A DNA stretch of 64,000 nucleotides, from NCBI GenBank assembly GCA_943369575.1, contig CALRNP020000001.1, positions 1,129 to 65,128 of the forward strand, in the 5' to 3' direction. The notes below the pieces were generated by a model. The model was not told the origin of the DNA. It did no database searches and saw nothing but the letters and a program-made list of their open reading frames with translations. The number at the start of each line of letters is the position of its first letter. The stretch's first letter is position 1. Position numbers and translations under genes: made by a program. The DNA is from Azorhizobium sp. AG788. Lineage in GTDB: Bacteria; Pseudomonadota; Alphaproteobacteria; Rhizobiales; Xanthobacteraceae. Shown here one piece after another: positions 45,119-53,525 of this stretch.

Positions 45119-45275
45119 TGGTCGCGGGCGTCATCGGCTTCGCGCTGGGCTGTCATCGCCTCGCTCGTCGCTGACGTCATCAATCACATCGTCAACGGCT
45201 ATCCCCAACAGCAAGGTCGACGACCTCATCCCATGGGCCAACCCAGCACAGTTCGCCCTCAGCAACGTGGCCTGA
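45119..45275 (+). mobile_element. Relic of the C-terminus of an IS66-family transposase (frameshifted, internally shortened)
   Basis: One frame reads ...RWAVIASLVADVINHIVNGYP. After a +1 shift at the CCCC run the next frame reads NSKVDDLIPWANPAQFALSNVA*. Together these mimic the conserved IS66 Tnp tail (..ERWAV..SLIETAKLNG..P.AYL.DVL.R.V.GHP.N.ldeLLPW..), but lack the ETAKLNG..P segment. No inverted repeats or other IS66 ORFs are present. Confidence 0.5.
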
Positions 45276-45360
45276 CGACGATGCTTACGATGATGCGGGC
45301 GCGCAGTTCAACGCTATAGCCGGAGAGGGAACCTGGTCTGCAGAGAGGGGGCAGATGCGG

Positions 45361-45817
45361 CTATCGTCCTTCTTCCAGGTTTGAACGGTCCGAGGCCCGT
45401 TCGAAATCGCGATCAGGGCCGATGGGAATGATGCCGCTCGGATTGAGCCACGCATGGCTGCCGCAATAGTGCGCCTTGATATGATGGAAATCGACCGTCG
45501 GTCGGATGGCCGGGTGTTGATACAGGTCTCTCGTAGAGGCCCATAGGGCCGGATAGTCGGTCAGCGCCCGGCGGTTGCACTTGAAGTGGCCATGGTAGAC
45601 CACGTCAAATCGCACGAGGGTCGTGAACAGCCGAATGTCCGCCTCGGTCAATCGAGCGAAACATAGAGGTGATAGCGGCCCGTAGCAGGCTTGAATGGGC
45701 CATCTCCTTTTGGAGTGATCCCATCGCGAAAAACGACGGAGGACGGTTTAATTCGCCGTCGCTCAACACGCTTTCAACGCCGCATCTTCGCCAGGTTCCG
45801 TTGATTATCTCACCCAT
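45361..45817 (-). pseudogene. Glutathionyl-hydroquinone reductase / GST-omega (YqjG/ECM4-like) pseudogene with a frameshift and a large internal deletion
   Basis: The N-terminal piece is MGEIINGTWRRCGVESVLSDGELNRPPSFF. A 1-nt frameshift then leads to RDGITPKGDGPFKPATGRYHLYVSLD* in another frame. This is joined directly, out of frame, to the C-terminal piece TEADIRLFTTLVRFDVVYHGHFKCN...HIKAHYCGSH. The CPWAHR thioredoxin-fold core expected between the two pieces is missing. Confidence 0.65.
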
Positions 45818-46868
45818 GGCTAGGCCTTTGCCCCAGCGCGGCTTTCACCGCAGGTGCAACCTCGGTGCCCAGCAACGTGATCGAGCGCTGCATGGCCTCG
45901 GTCTCCAGCATGGCTGAACTCATTTGGAAGGTCAGGCGCGAGATCCCGCCGAGCGCGTCGTTGGCCGCGAGGATCTTATCGTGCACTGTCTGCGGGTTTC
46001 CGATCAAAAAGGCGCCCTGCGGACCGCACATCGCATCAAACTGCGCCCGCGTCGCCGTCGACCAGCCGCGTTCACGTCCGATCTCGGTGAACATGTGGGC
46101 CCAGCCGGGAAAGAATGCGTCCGCGGCGCTGCGATCGGTGTCGCCGACGAACCCCATGGCATGAATGCCGACCTTCAGCGTCTCCGGCGCGTGTCCTGCT
46201 CGCCGGCCCGCCTCGCGATAGAGGTCCACCAGCGGACGGAAGCGAGCAAAGCTCCCGCCGATGATCGCCACCATCAATGGAAGGCCAAGCACTCCGGCGC
46301 GGACAAAGGATTGCGGCGTGCCACCGACGCCGAGCCAGATCGGGATCCTGTCCTGATGCGGCCGGGGAAAAACCCCCTGGCCGGTGAGCGCCGGCCGAAA
46401 CCGGCCGCGCCAGGAGATGGTGGTCGCCTCGCGCAGCTTGAGGAGAAGATCAAGCTTTTCGGCAAACAGGGCATCGTAGTCTTCCTTGGCGAACCCGAAC
46501 AGCGGATAGGCCTCGCCAAAGGAACCACGCCCCACGACAATCTCCGCACGGCCTTTGGCGATGAGATCGATGGTGGCAAAGTCCTGGAAGACCCGCACCG
46601 GATCCGCGGCGCTCAGCACGGTAACCGCGCTGGTCAGGCGAATATTCCTGGTACGGGCCGCCGCCGCCGCCAGGATGACGGCCGGCGCGGAATCGAGGAA
46701 CTCCTTGCGGTGGTGTTCGCCGATGCCGAACACGTCGAGGCCGACGCGGTCGGCGGTTTCCACCTCCGCCAGCAAGGCCTCCATCCGATCCGATGCCGGC
46801 AGGGTCTGGCCGGTCGCCGGATTGGGGATGGTGGCCGCAAAGCTATCGATGCCGATTTCCATGTCCAT
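45810..46868 (-). CDS. LLM-class (luciferase-like) flavin-dependent oxidoreductase
   Basis: 352 aa. IGIDSF...RMEALLAEVETADRVGLDVFGIGEHH...LTSAVTVLS is the typical LLM TIM-barrel pattern. Confidence 0.85.
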   Translation of the reverse strand: MDMEIGIDSFAATIPNPATGQTLPASDRMEALLAEVETADRVGLDVFGIGEHHRKEFLDSAPAVILAAAAARTRNIRLTSAVTVLSAADPVRVFQDFATIDLIAKGRAEIVVGRGSFGEAYPLFGFAKEDYDALFAEKLDLLLKLREATTISWRGRFRPALTGQGVFPRPHQDRIPIWLGVGGTPQSFVRAGVLGLPLMVAIIGGSFARFRPLVDLYREAGRRAGHAPETLKVGIHAMGFVGDTDRSAADAFFPGWAHMFTEIGRERGWSTATRAQFDAMCGPQGAFLIGNPQTVHDKILAANDALGGISRLTFQMSSAMLETEAMQRSITLLGTEVAPAVKAALGQRPSHG

Positions 46869-46898
46869 AACCTCTCTTCGCCGTCGGCCATTCCGTAT

Positions 46899-47294
46899 TC
46901 AGCGAGAGCGGAGACGCCGTCCGTCGAGGCTGAGGGCGCCTGCGCCGAATGCCCCCACCTGCAGGAGGCCGCCCGCGATGGCGACGTTCTTCAGGAAATG
47001 AATCATCTGATTTTGATCGGCGAAGTTGGTGTGGAAGATCGCGGCGGTCGCCAGGGTGAAGGCGGCGAGCACAAGGCCTGTAATCCGGGCCTGATAACCG
47101 ATCAAAATCACGATGCCCCCCGCCAGTTCGACAATGACTGCGATCAGGTAGGAGATCATCGGCAGCGGCAGGCCTGCCGTCGCGATGTAACCCTGCGTTG
47201 CATCGGGCGCGGCAATCTTGCCGAGCCCGCTGGCGATGAAGATGAGTGCGATCAACAGACGACCGACTGCCGCAAGAAGGTTGGTCTGGGACAT
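46899..47294 (-). CDS. DoxX-family membrane protein
   Basis: 131 aa with four hydrophobic segments. GRLLIALIFIASGLGKI and the IFH...F motifs are typical of DoxX. Confidence 0.8.
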   Translation of the reverse strand: MSQTNLLAAVGRLLIALIFIASGLGKIAAPDATQGYIATAGLPLPMISYLIAVIVELAGGIVILIGYQARITGLVLAAFTLATAAIFHTNFADQNQMIHFLKNVAIAGGLLQVGAFGAGALSLDGRRLRSR

Positions 47295-47342
47295 GGTCGT
47301 CAGCCTTGGCGTCTGGAAGTGGGATGTCGGATGCGTGCGCGA

Positions 47343-47954
47343 TCAGGCCGCTAGCGCGGCGATCTGCGCCTTGGCGTCGGCCAGCGCTGCCGCCTTTGCT
47401 TCCTCGCCCAGGGCCAAGCCCTCGGCCCGGATGATCGTGACATCGGTCAAGCCGATGAAGCCGAGCGCGGTGAGCAGGTACGATTCCTGATGATCGAGAG
47501 CCGCCATCGGACTTTCGCCGCTGTAGACGCCGCCGCGCGCGGACGCCAGGATCACCTTCTTGCCGGTCACCAGTCCCTCGGGACCATTCGCGCCGTACTT
47601 GAAAGTACGACCTGCCACGGCGACCCGGTCGATCCACCCCTTCAACTGCGTCGGGATCGAGAAATTATACATCGGCGCGCCGATGACGATGATATCGGCG
47701 GCGAAGAGGTCGTCGATATAGGCGCCGCCGGTGGCGAGATCCTGGCCGAGCAGAGGATCGGAAACCGCGCCACCTTGAAACACCGCCATGTGCGCGCCGG
47801 ACAGATGCATCGCCGCGTCCACGACGAGATCCCGCCGGATGAGCTGCGCGCCCGGATGCAGCGCAAGCTGCCGGGCCACGATATCGGCGGTGAGGGAGCG
47901 AGTGGCCGAATAGCCGCCGAGAATGCTGGAGTCGATATGCAGGATGGTGGTCAT
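47343..47954 (-). CDS. azoR: FMN-dependent NADH-azoreductase / quinone reductase
   Basis: 203 aa from ATG 47954. MTTILHIDSSILGGYSATRSL, IIVIGAPMYNFSIPTQLKGWIDRV and GKKVILASARGG form the classic AzoR pattern. The 468-aa track ORF over-extends antisense into the LysR gene. Confidence 0.85.
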   Translation of the reverse strand: MTTILHIDSSILGGYSATRSLTADIVARQLALHPGAQLIRRDLVVDAAMHLSGAHMAVFQGGAVSDPLLGQDLATGGAYIDDLFAADIIVIGAPMYNFSIPTQLKGWIDRVAVAGRTFKYGANGPEGLVTGKKVILASARGGVYSGESPMAALDHQESYLLTALGFIGLTDVTIIRAEGLALGEEAKAAALADAKAQIAALAA

Positions 47955-48158
47955 GGATTGATCCTCGGGCCGGCCGATGACGGGGGCTGAAGCGATGCGG
48001 GAAAACAGTTTCTTGATGGCGTCGAGCATGGAGGGATGGGTGCCACGCTCAGACCTGGCGGTGAAGCCGGTATAAGCCGATCCAACCCATCTATTTTGCC
48101 GATGGTACAAGCTCGCGAGGACGGCTATCGTCCGGCCAGTAGATACGAGGAAGCCGAC

Positions 48159-49082
48159 ATGCTCGACGGCGTATCGCTTGACCAATTGCGGATCTTTCTC
48201 GCCGCCGCCGACGAAGGCAGCTTCTCCGCCGCCGCACGGCGCCTCCGGCGCACCCAGTCGGCCGTCAGCGAATCCATCGCCAACCTCGAAGCCCAACTCG
48301 CCGTTGCGCTTTTCGACCGTAGCGCACGCTATCCGCGGCTGACGCGTGAGGGCACGATCCTGCTGGCTGATGCCCGAGGCATTGTCGCGGGCGTAGACGG
48401 CATGAAGGCCCGCGCCAAGGGGATTTCCGGCGGGCTGGAGGCGGAACTCGCCGCGGTTATTGATGTCTTCTTCCCCATCGGCGTGATCGCCGAAGTTGCG
48501 CGCGAATTCCGCGACCAGTTTCCGGCCACGCCGTTGCGGCTTTATGTCGAGGCGCTCGGCGGCGTCGTGCAACCCGTGATCGATGGGCGTGCCAGTTTTG
48601 GCCTCGTCATTTCCCTGCCGACACTTCCCGCCGGGCTCGTAGCCGAGCGCGTCACCAGCATCGACTTCGTCATGGTCGCGAGCATGGACCATCCGCTGGC
48701 GGCCCATGCCGGTCTCATCCCGCGCGAGGAGTTGGCGCGGCACGTCCAACTGGTGCTGACGGACCGATCCGACCTCTCGGCGGGTCGGGAGTTCGGTGTC
48801 ATGTCGCCATCAACCTGGCGGCTGGCCGACCTCTTTGCCAAGCACGCGTTTCTTCTCAGTGGCTTGGGCTGGGGCGGGATGCCGCTTCATGCCGTGGCAA
48901 ACGACATCACCGTGGGACGGCTGGTGGAGCTCTCGATCGAAGACGTGCCGCCTGGCGGATTGAAGCTGCCCATGTCCGCCGTCTACCGGAATGCGGCGCC
49001 GCCCGGCCCCGCAGGCCGGTGGATGATCGAGCGCCTGAAACAGTGCCCGAACGAAAGCCAGTTCGGTGGCTCGTTGACATGA
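48159..49082 (+). CDS. LysR-family transcriptional regulator
   Basis: MLDGVSLDQLRIFLAAADEGSFSAAARRLRRTQSAVSESIANLEAQL wHTH. It is divergent from azoR-doxX-LLM. Confidence 0.85.
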   Translation: MLDGVSLDQLRIFLAAADEGSFSAAARRLRRTQSAVSESIANLEAQLAVALFDRSARYPRLTREGTILLADARGIVAGVDGMKARAKGISGGLEAELAAVIDVFFPIGVIAEVAREFRDQFPATPLRLYVEALGGVVQPVIDGRASFGLVISLPTLPAGLVAERVTSIDFVMVASMDHPLAAHAGLIPREELARHVQLVLTDRSDLSAGREFGVMSPSTWRLADLFAKHAFLLSGLGWGGMPLHAVANDITVGRLVELSIEDVPPGGLKLPMSAVYRNAAPPGPAGRWMIERLKQCPNESQFGGSLT

Positions 49083-49124
49083 CCATAAGTGTGTCGTAGC
49101 CATAGCGACATATTTGGGAAGTTC

Positions 49125-49574
49125 ATGATGCCAACCAGTACGCGGTTTGCCGTCGCCGTCCATGTCCTTACGGCCCTCGCCGTCAGCGACGGCAAGCCGC
49201 TGCGTTCCGAGGACCTCGCCTATTCGGCAAATACCGGAGCGGTGGTCATCCGGGGGCTGCTGTCGCGCCTGAGCGATGCTGGACTGACACGTTCGCAGCT
49301 CGGCGCCGGCGGCGGCGCGCTATTGGCGAAGCCGGCCGAGAAGATACGATTGCTCGATGTCTATGAAGCCGTCGAGGACACCGAGCTATTTTCAGTGCAC
49401 AGGACACCCCCCTGCGAAAACTGCGCTGTGGGGGGCAACATACTTGAGGCCATACGCCCAACCTTGTCGCGGGCTCGCACGGCGCTGGAAGATGAACTTG
49501 GCAAAACGACAATAGCCGACATTGCTTCAGAGGTCGCCCGGCTCGGTAAGTTCTCTATTCCGCTCGTCTGGTAA
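49125..49574 (+). CDS. Rrf2-family transcriptional regulator
   Basis: TRFAVAVHVLTALAVSDGKPLRSEDLAYSANTGAVVIRGLLSRLSDAGL is an Rrf2 wHTH. The start is ATG 49125. Confidence 0.8.
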   Translation: MMPTSTRFAVAVHVLTALAVSDGKPLRSEDLAYSANTGAVVIRGLLSRLSDAGLTRSQLGAGGGALLAKPAEKIRLLDVYEAVEDTELFSVHRTPPCENCAVGGNILEAIRPTLSRARTALEDELGKTTIADIASEVARLGKFSIPLVW

Positions 49575-49723
49575 TCGTTTTGCCTTTAAATGTCATAGAG
49601 GCGACGACACATAACCATTTAAGTTCCGCTGAGGCCTGAAAGCAACAGCGAGAGACCGTCCAGGCTTCCGGGGGCACTGACGGTTCCCATCCTCCCAAGT
49701 CCCCCACGCATCAGGAGACCATC

Positions 49724-50368
49724 ATGAGTATTGGTATCATCGGCGCCGGCGCCCTCGGCTCTAACTTCGCCCGGGCCCTTGCCCGCAAAGGGATCTCGGC
49801 CACGATCTCGAACAGCCGCGGACCGCAGTCTCTGGCCGCCCTGGTGCAGGAACTTGGCGCCTCCATCAAGGCAGGCACCGTGGAAGAGGCGGCCAGTGCC
49901 GACATTGTCCTAGCAGCCGTCCGTTGGGTGGATTCAGGCAAGGTGTTCGGCGCATTGCCGGCCTGGAACGGACGGATCGTTATCGACGGCACCAACCCGG
50001 TAGAATTCATCGATCCGAATTCACCCGATGCGACGGACCCCAGTAATCCCCTCGCGGCCTATGGCATCAAGGCCGTGGATCTGGGTGGAAAGCACTCGAG
50101 CGAGATATTCCGCCAGCACGTTCCAGGCGCTCGGGTCGTCAAGGCGTTCAATCACCTCGACGTCAACGTCTTGAATGAGCCCGAGGCGTCGGGTGGCAAG
50201 CGCGTGCTGTTTTATTCAGGCGATGACACCGCCGCAAAGACCGAGGTTCGCGCGATCATCGACGCCATCGGATTCTTCCCCGTTGATCTCGGCCCGCTTG
50301 ATATCGGTGGACCGCTGGCGTCGCTGCCCTTCGGCTCGCTGTCAGCCCACCAGTTCATCAAGATCTAG
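49724..50368 (+). CDS. NAD(P)-binding oxidoreductase (NADPH-dependent F420 reductase / P5C-reductase-like N-domain family)
   Basis: MSIGIIGAGALGSNFARALARKG Rossmann motif and ADIVLAAV. 214 aa with SD AGGAGA upstream. Confidence 0.75.
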   Translation: MSIGIIGAGALGSNFARALARKGISATISNSRGPQSLAALVQELGASIKAGTVEEAASADIVLAAVRWVDSGKVFGALPAWNGRIVIDGTNPVEFIDPNSPDATDPSNPLAAYGIKAVDLGGKHSSEIFRQHVPGARVVKAFNHLDVNVLNEPEASGGKRVLFYSGDDTAAKTEVRAIIDAIGFFPVDLGPLDIGGPLASLPFGSLSAHQFIKI

Positions 50369-50384
50369 CGCTCCTCAAAAGGGC

Positions 50385-50417
50385 CGTCCGCCGTCCTTGT
50401 CATCTGGACGGTGGACG
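50385..50417 (+). terminator. Hairpin (12-bp stem with one G-U pair, 9-nt loop) after the oxidoreductase gene
   Basis: CGTCCGCCGTCC-ttgtcatct-GGACGGTGGACG followed by ATTTCG. It begins 17 nt after the stop at 50368. The U-tract is weak. Confidence 0.4.
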
Positions 50418-50561
50418 ATTTCGTCCCGGGAGGGAGAGACAGGGGCCCCAATGCTCGGACAGCTTGGCGGCTCTGCTAAGCTTGGTGCGGGGGTGCGTTA
50501 ACGACGGCTTCGCCGGCGGCATGCCGCCCCCCGCGAAGTATCTGATTTGGTGTCGAATTTT

Positions 50562-50588
50562 CCACGGGTATGGGGATTCGAACCCAAG
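50562..50588 (-). other. tRNA-like 3' fragment (T-arm plus 3' acceptor strand), not part of an intact tRNA
   Basis: The minus strand reads C-TTGGG-TTCGAAT-CCCCA-TACCCGT-G. This has the canonical T-loop and a T-stem with one mismatch, followed by a 7-nt acceptor-like strand. I could not fold a matching 5' half upstream. Confidence 0.3.
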
Positions 50589-50740
50589 ATACCAAGTTGG
50601 ATATGATCGGTGAGCCTGCGCTGCCGCACTCGAATTAGATGGTCGCGCACGCCGCCGTACTGAAGTGCGAGGATGGTTGCCGGTAGCCCAATCGAGAAAA
50701 AGCGCATGCGATGAGGGGCAGTCGTAAACTTCAACGAAAT

Positions 50741-50767
50741 CCGTTTCAGCCTCTTCGTCTGAAACGG
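50741..50767 (-). terminator. 9-bp perfect hairpin downstream of tRNA-Arg
   Basis: CCGTTTCAG-N9-CTGAAACGG, 29 nt past the tRNA 3' end. On the minus strand it is followed by ATTTCGTT. Confidence 0.45.
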
Positions 50768-50795
50768 TAAAATACTGCTAAGTCGTTGAAGGAAA

Positions 50796-50872
50796 TGGCG
50801 CGCCCGAAAGGATTCGAACCTCTGACCCCCAGATTCGTAGTCTGGTGCTCTATCCAGCTGAGCTACGGGCGC
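50796..50872 (-). tRNA. tRNA-Arg (anticodon ACG)
   Basis: The reverse complement GCGCCCGTAGCTCAGCTGGATAGAGCACCAGACTACGAATCTGGGGGTCAGAGGTTCGAATCCTTTCGGGCGCGCCA folds by hand into a 77-nt cloverleaf: 7-bp acceptor, GCTC/GAGC D-stem, CCAGA/TCTGG anticodon stem with loop CTACGAA, TTCGAAT T-loop and an encoded CCA. Confidence 0.9.
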
Positions 50873-51063
50873 ATTTCCCTAAAATCACCGGTTGGATGTC
50901 CGGGATCCGGGGGTATTCCCCGAGGGCTCGCAGCGGGTTGCCGCCAGCGAGGTGCGTGAAGTACTGCGTTTTTTTCGCCCTGGCAAGGCCCTCTCCCGTT
51001 CGAAGGTCACACGGGGCTCTCAGCCTGTGGATAGCGTGCCGGCTAATCGCGTCCGGACGAGGC

Positions 51064-52593
51064 TCAGGCGCGGGCGCGCTGCGTGCGCTGGCGCATCTCG
51101 GCCGGGCGATCAGGAATGGCGATGAGGAATGTGGTGCCTGAGGCCGCATCCAGCAGCCGCAGCTCACCGCCATGGGCTCGAACCAACTCGTCGGCGATGG
51201 GGAGGCCAAGGCCGGTCCCCCCGCGCCGGGCCGAGCCCTGGAAGGCCGCGAACAGCCGGTCGCGGCGGGCCTCGGGAATGCCCGGGCCGGTGTCGGAGAC
51301 CTCGATCTCGACAATGCTGCCCACCCGCCGGCCGCTGACCCGAATCAGGTCGCGCTGCGGTTCGTTGGGTGCGAGGGCCTCCAGGGCCTGGACGGCGTTG
51401 CGGACCAGATTGAGCAGCACCCGGAACAATTGGTCGGGATCGGCATCGGCGATCAGATGGCGATCCACCTCCGCCACCCAGCCGATGGCGGCCTCCGGAT
51501 GCAGCCCGAGGGTCTGGCGCACTTCATTGAGCAGCGCCGCCACATCCACCTCCCGCCGGTCGGGCAGGGGCTCCTGCGCCCGTCCGTAGGAGAGGGTCTG
51601 CTGGCAATAGGTGATGGCGCGGTCCAGCGCCGCCATCAGTTTCGGGGCAAAGCGTTGCACGGCGGGGTCGGGCAGCGCCACCAGGCGATCGGAGATCAAT
51701 TGCGCCGATGCCAGCAGATTGCGCAGATCATGATTGATCTTCGACACGGCCAGGCCCAATGCGGCCAGATGGGTCTTCTGGGCCAGGGTCTGCACCAGTT
51801 CGGTCTGCAGGTCCGCCAGCGCCTCCTCGGCGATGCCGATCTCGTCGGAACGGCCGCTGGGCACGATGATGCGGGAGGCGTCCTCCGGCGCATCGCGGAA
51901 TGCCGCCATGCGTTCGGTGAGGCGCCGCATGGGCCGCACGAACAGCCAGTGCAGGCTGAAATACACCAGCGCTCCCGCCATCAGCGACAGCGCCAGCGAG
52001 ATGACGAGCACGGTTGCCGCGAACCGCAGCATGGCGGTGCGCAGCGGGGATTCGGAAATGACGATTTCCAGGAATTCGCCGCCGCGCGGCGCATCGCCCA
52101 CCACCCGCAGGGTGCGGCCGTTGCCGGCGGCGAGGGTGTCGAAGGCTTCCACCACCGCTTGCCAGAACGAGGTGTCGCGCATGTCCACATGGCGATCGAT
52201 GGGCGGCGGCATGTCCGACATGGCCAGCAGCCGGCGGGTTTCCTCGCGCTTGACCACGACCACCTTGGCGCCGACGCTTTTTAGCAACTGCCGGGTGAGA
52301 TCCATGGGGATCATTTCCTCGGGCGCCGCATCCAGCACCAGGGCCGCGATCCGCGCCGCCGCCAGCCGGTCAGACAGCCAGGATATGCGGAAATTGGCCA
52401 TGGTCGGCACGAAGATCGCCACCTCCGCCATGGTCACGAATGCCACGGTGAGCATCAGCAGCTTGGAGGACAGCCCGAACCGCACCCGCCGATGCACGGC
52501 GGGAACGGGCGGCGCGGTTCCCTCGGTGGGCTGTGGGCTCATGACATTCATACGCGCGACCATGTGCCGTCGGATCTTCGTGATCTCGCGCAT
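51064..52593 (-). CDS. Sensor histidine kinase (membrane-anchored; no cognate response regulator adjacent)
   Basis: Two hydrophobic segments, H-box SKINHDLRNLL, N-box LLNLVRNAVQA and G-boxes DTGPGIP and GTGLGL. The start is uncertain; ATG 52593 lacks an SD. Confidence 0.8.
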   Translation of the reverse strand: MREITKIRRHMVARMNVMSPQPTEGTAPPVPAVHRRVRFGLSSKLLMLTVAFVTMAEVAIFVPTMANFRISWLSDRLAAARIAALVLDAAPEEMIPMDLTRQLLKSVGAKVVVVKREETRRLLAMSDMPPPIDRHVDMRDTSFWQAVVEAFDTLAAGNGRTLRVVGDAPRGGEFLEIVISESPLRTAMLRFAATVLVISLALSLMAGALVYFSLHWLFVRPMRRLTERMAAFRDAPEDASRIIVPSGRSDEIGIAEEALADLQTELVQTLAQKTHLAALGLAVSKINHDLRNLLASAQLISDRLVALPDPAVQRFAPKLMAALDRAITYCQQTLSYGRAQEPLPDRREVDVAALLNEVRQTLGLHPEAAIGWVAEVDRHLIADADPDQLFRVLLNLVRNAVQALEALAPNEPQRDLIRVSGRRVGSIVEIEVSDTGPGIPEARRDRLFAAFQGSARRGGTGLGLPIADELVRAHGGELRLLDAASGTTFLIAIPDRPAEMRQRTQRARA

Positions 52594-52669
52594 AAGTGAA
52601 GAAGGTGGCGGTTTGGTGTGCAGGTGCGGCCCAAGCTAGGGCAGGGCGCTCGTTTGCCCTTGTACCGGA

Positions 52670-52999
52670 CTATTCTTCCTCGCCGAAGCGATTGGCCACC
52701 AGGCCCTCCAGGGCGTCGAGAACCGCTTCCGCTGCATTGCCGGTGGCGGTGACCACCACGGTGGTGCCGGGGGCGGCTGCGAGCATCATCAGCCCCATGA
52801 TGGAATTGCCGCCCACCGCTTCGCCATTGCGGCAGACAGTGACATGGGCATCGAAGCTTTCCACCATTTGCACGAACTTGGCCGAAGCCCGCGCATGCAA
52901 GCCGCGCTTGTTGATAATGGGCAGGGCCCGAACCAAGGCGCCATCCGCCGCCGGAGCGCCGCAGGCGGCTTCCACGTCCTCATCGGCGCACGATGTCAT
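52670..52999 (-). CDS. HPr-family phosphocarrier protein (NPr/PtsO-like)
   Basis: INKRGLHARASAKFV provides the His15 context and GNSIMGLMML the Ser46 context. ATG 52999 gives 109 aa, with a ~20-aa N-terminal extension over a canonical HPr. Confidence 0.8.
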   Translation of the reverse strand: MTSCADEDVEAACGAPAADGALVRALPIINKRGLHARASAKFVQMVESFDAHVTVCRNGEAVGGNSIMGLMMLAAAPGTTVVVTATGNAAEAVLDALEGLVANRFGEEE

Positions 53000-53018
53000 G
53001 GCTGCGGTGACGGGCACG

Positions 53019-53420
53019 TTATTTCCCTGCGAGGACGCGGCTGGCGACATTGATGTACTTGCGTCCGGCTTCCTGGGCGACATCAACCGCCTCGGCGAGG
53101 GGAAGTTCCCCCCGGACCTTGGCCAGCTTCACCAGCATGGGCAGATTGATGCCCGCCACCACTTCCACGTCCGGTGCGTTCATCACCGAAATGGCAAGAT
53201 TGGAGGGCGTGCCGCCGAACATGTCGGTGAGGATCACGACGCCCTGGCCGCTCTGGACCTGGGCGACGGCATCAATGATGTCGTGCCGCCGACGCTCCAT
53301 GTCGTCGTCGGGGCCAATGGTGACAGCCGCGACCTGGGCTTGCGGCCCCATCACGTGCTCCAAGGCAGAGCAGAACTCAGCGGCCAGGCGGCCATGGGTG
53401 ACGAGCACGAGACCGATCAT
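53019..53420 (-). CDS. PTS EIIA component, mannose family (ManX/PtsM-like)
   Basis: MIGLVLVTHGRLAAEF carries the phospho-His context, with ILTDMFGGTP. SD GGAGGCAAC precedes ATG 53420. Confidence 0.8.
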   Translation of the reverse strand: MIGLVLVTHGRLAAEFCSALEHVMGPQAQVAAVTIGPDDDMERRRHDIIDAVAQVQSGQGVVILTDMFGGTPSNLAISVMNAPDVEVVAGINLPMLVKLAKVRGELPLAEAVDVAQEAGRKYINVASRVLAGK

Positions 53421-53525
53421 GTTGCCTCCGCCTTCACCTCTTCGGGGTGAAGGCCTCCCGCACTGCGGGGTCGCCATATTCAGAGCGGCTCAAAAATTAC
53501 GCAAGGGGTGCAGCGCACAAAAGCA

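Noticed and set aside
47955-48749. N-terminal 265 aa of the 468-aa minus-strand ORF containing azoR
   Set aside because: The AzoR homology begins at MTTILHIDSS (ATG 47954). The upstream part is antisense to the LysR gene and has no motif.
50562-50588. Idea that the tRNA-like fragment is the attR direct repeat of tRNA-Arg
   Set aside because: Only the universal GGATTCGAACC T-loop core is shared. The acceptor and T-stem bases differ, so it is not a duplicate of the tRNA-Arg 3' end.
50498-50734. 78-aa minus-strand ORF next to tRNA-Arg, considered as an integrase remnant
   Set aside because: I could not recognise any tyrosine-recombinase motif (R..H..R..Y box) in any frame. The ORF spans the tRNA-like fragment and is probably non-coding.
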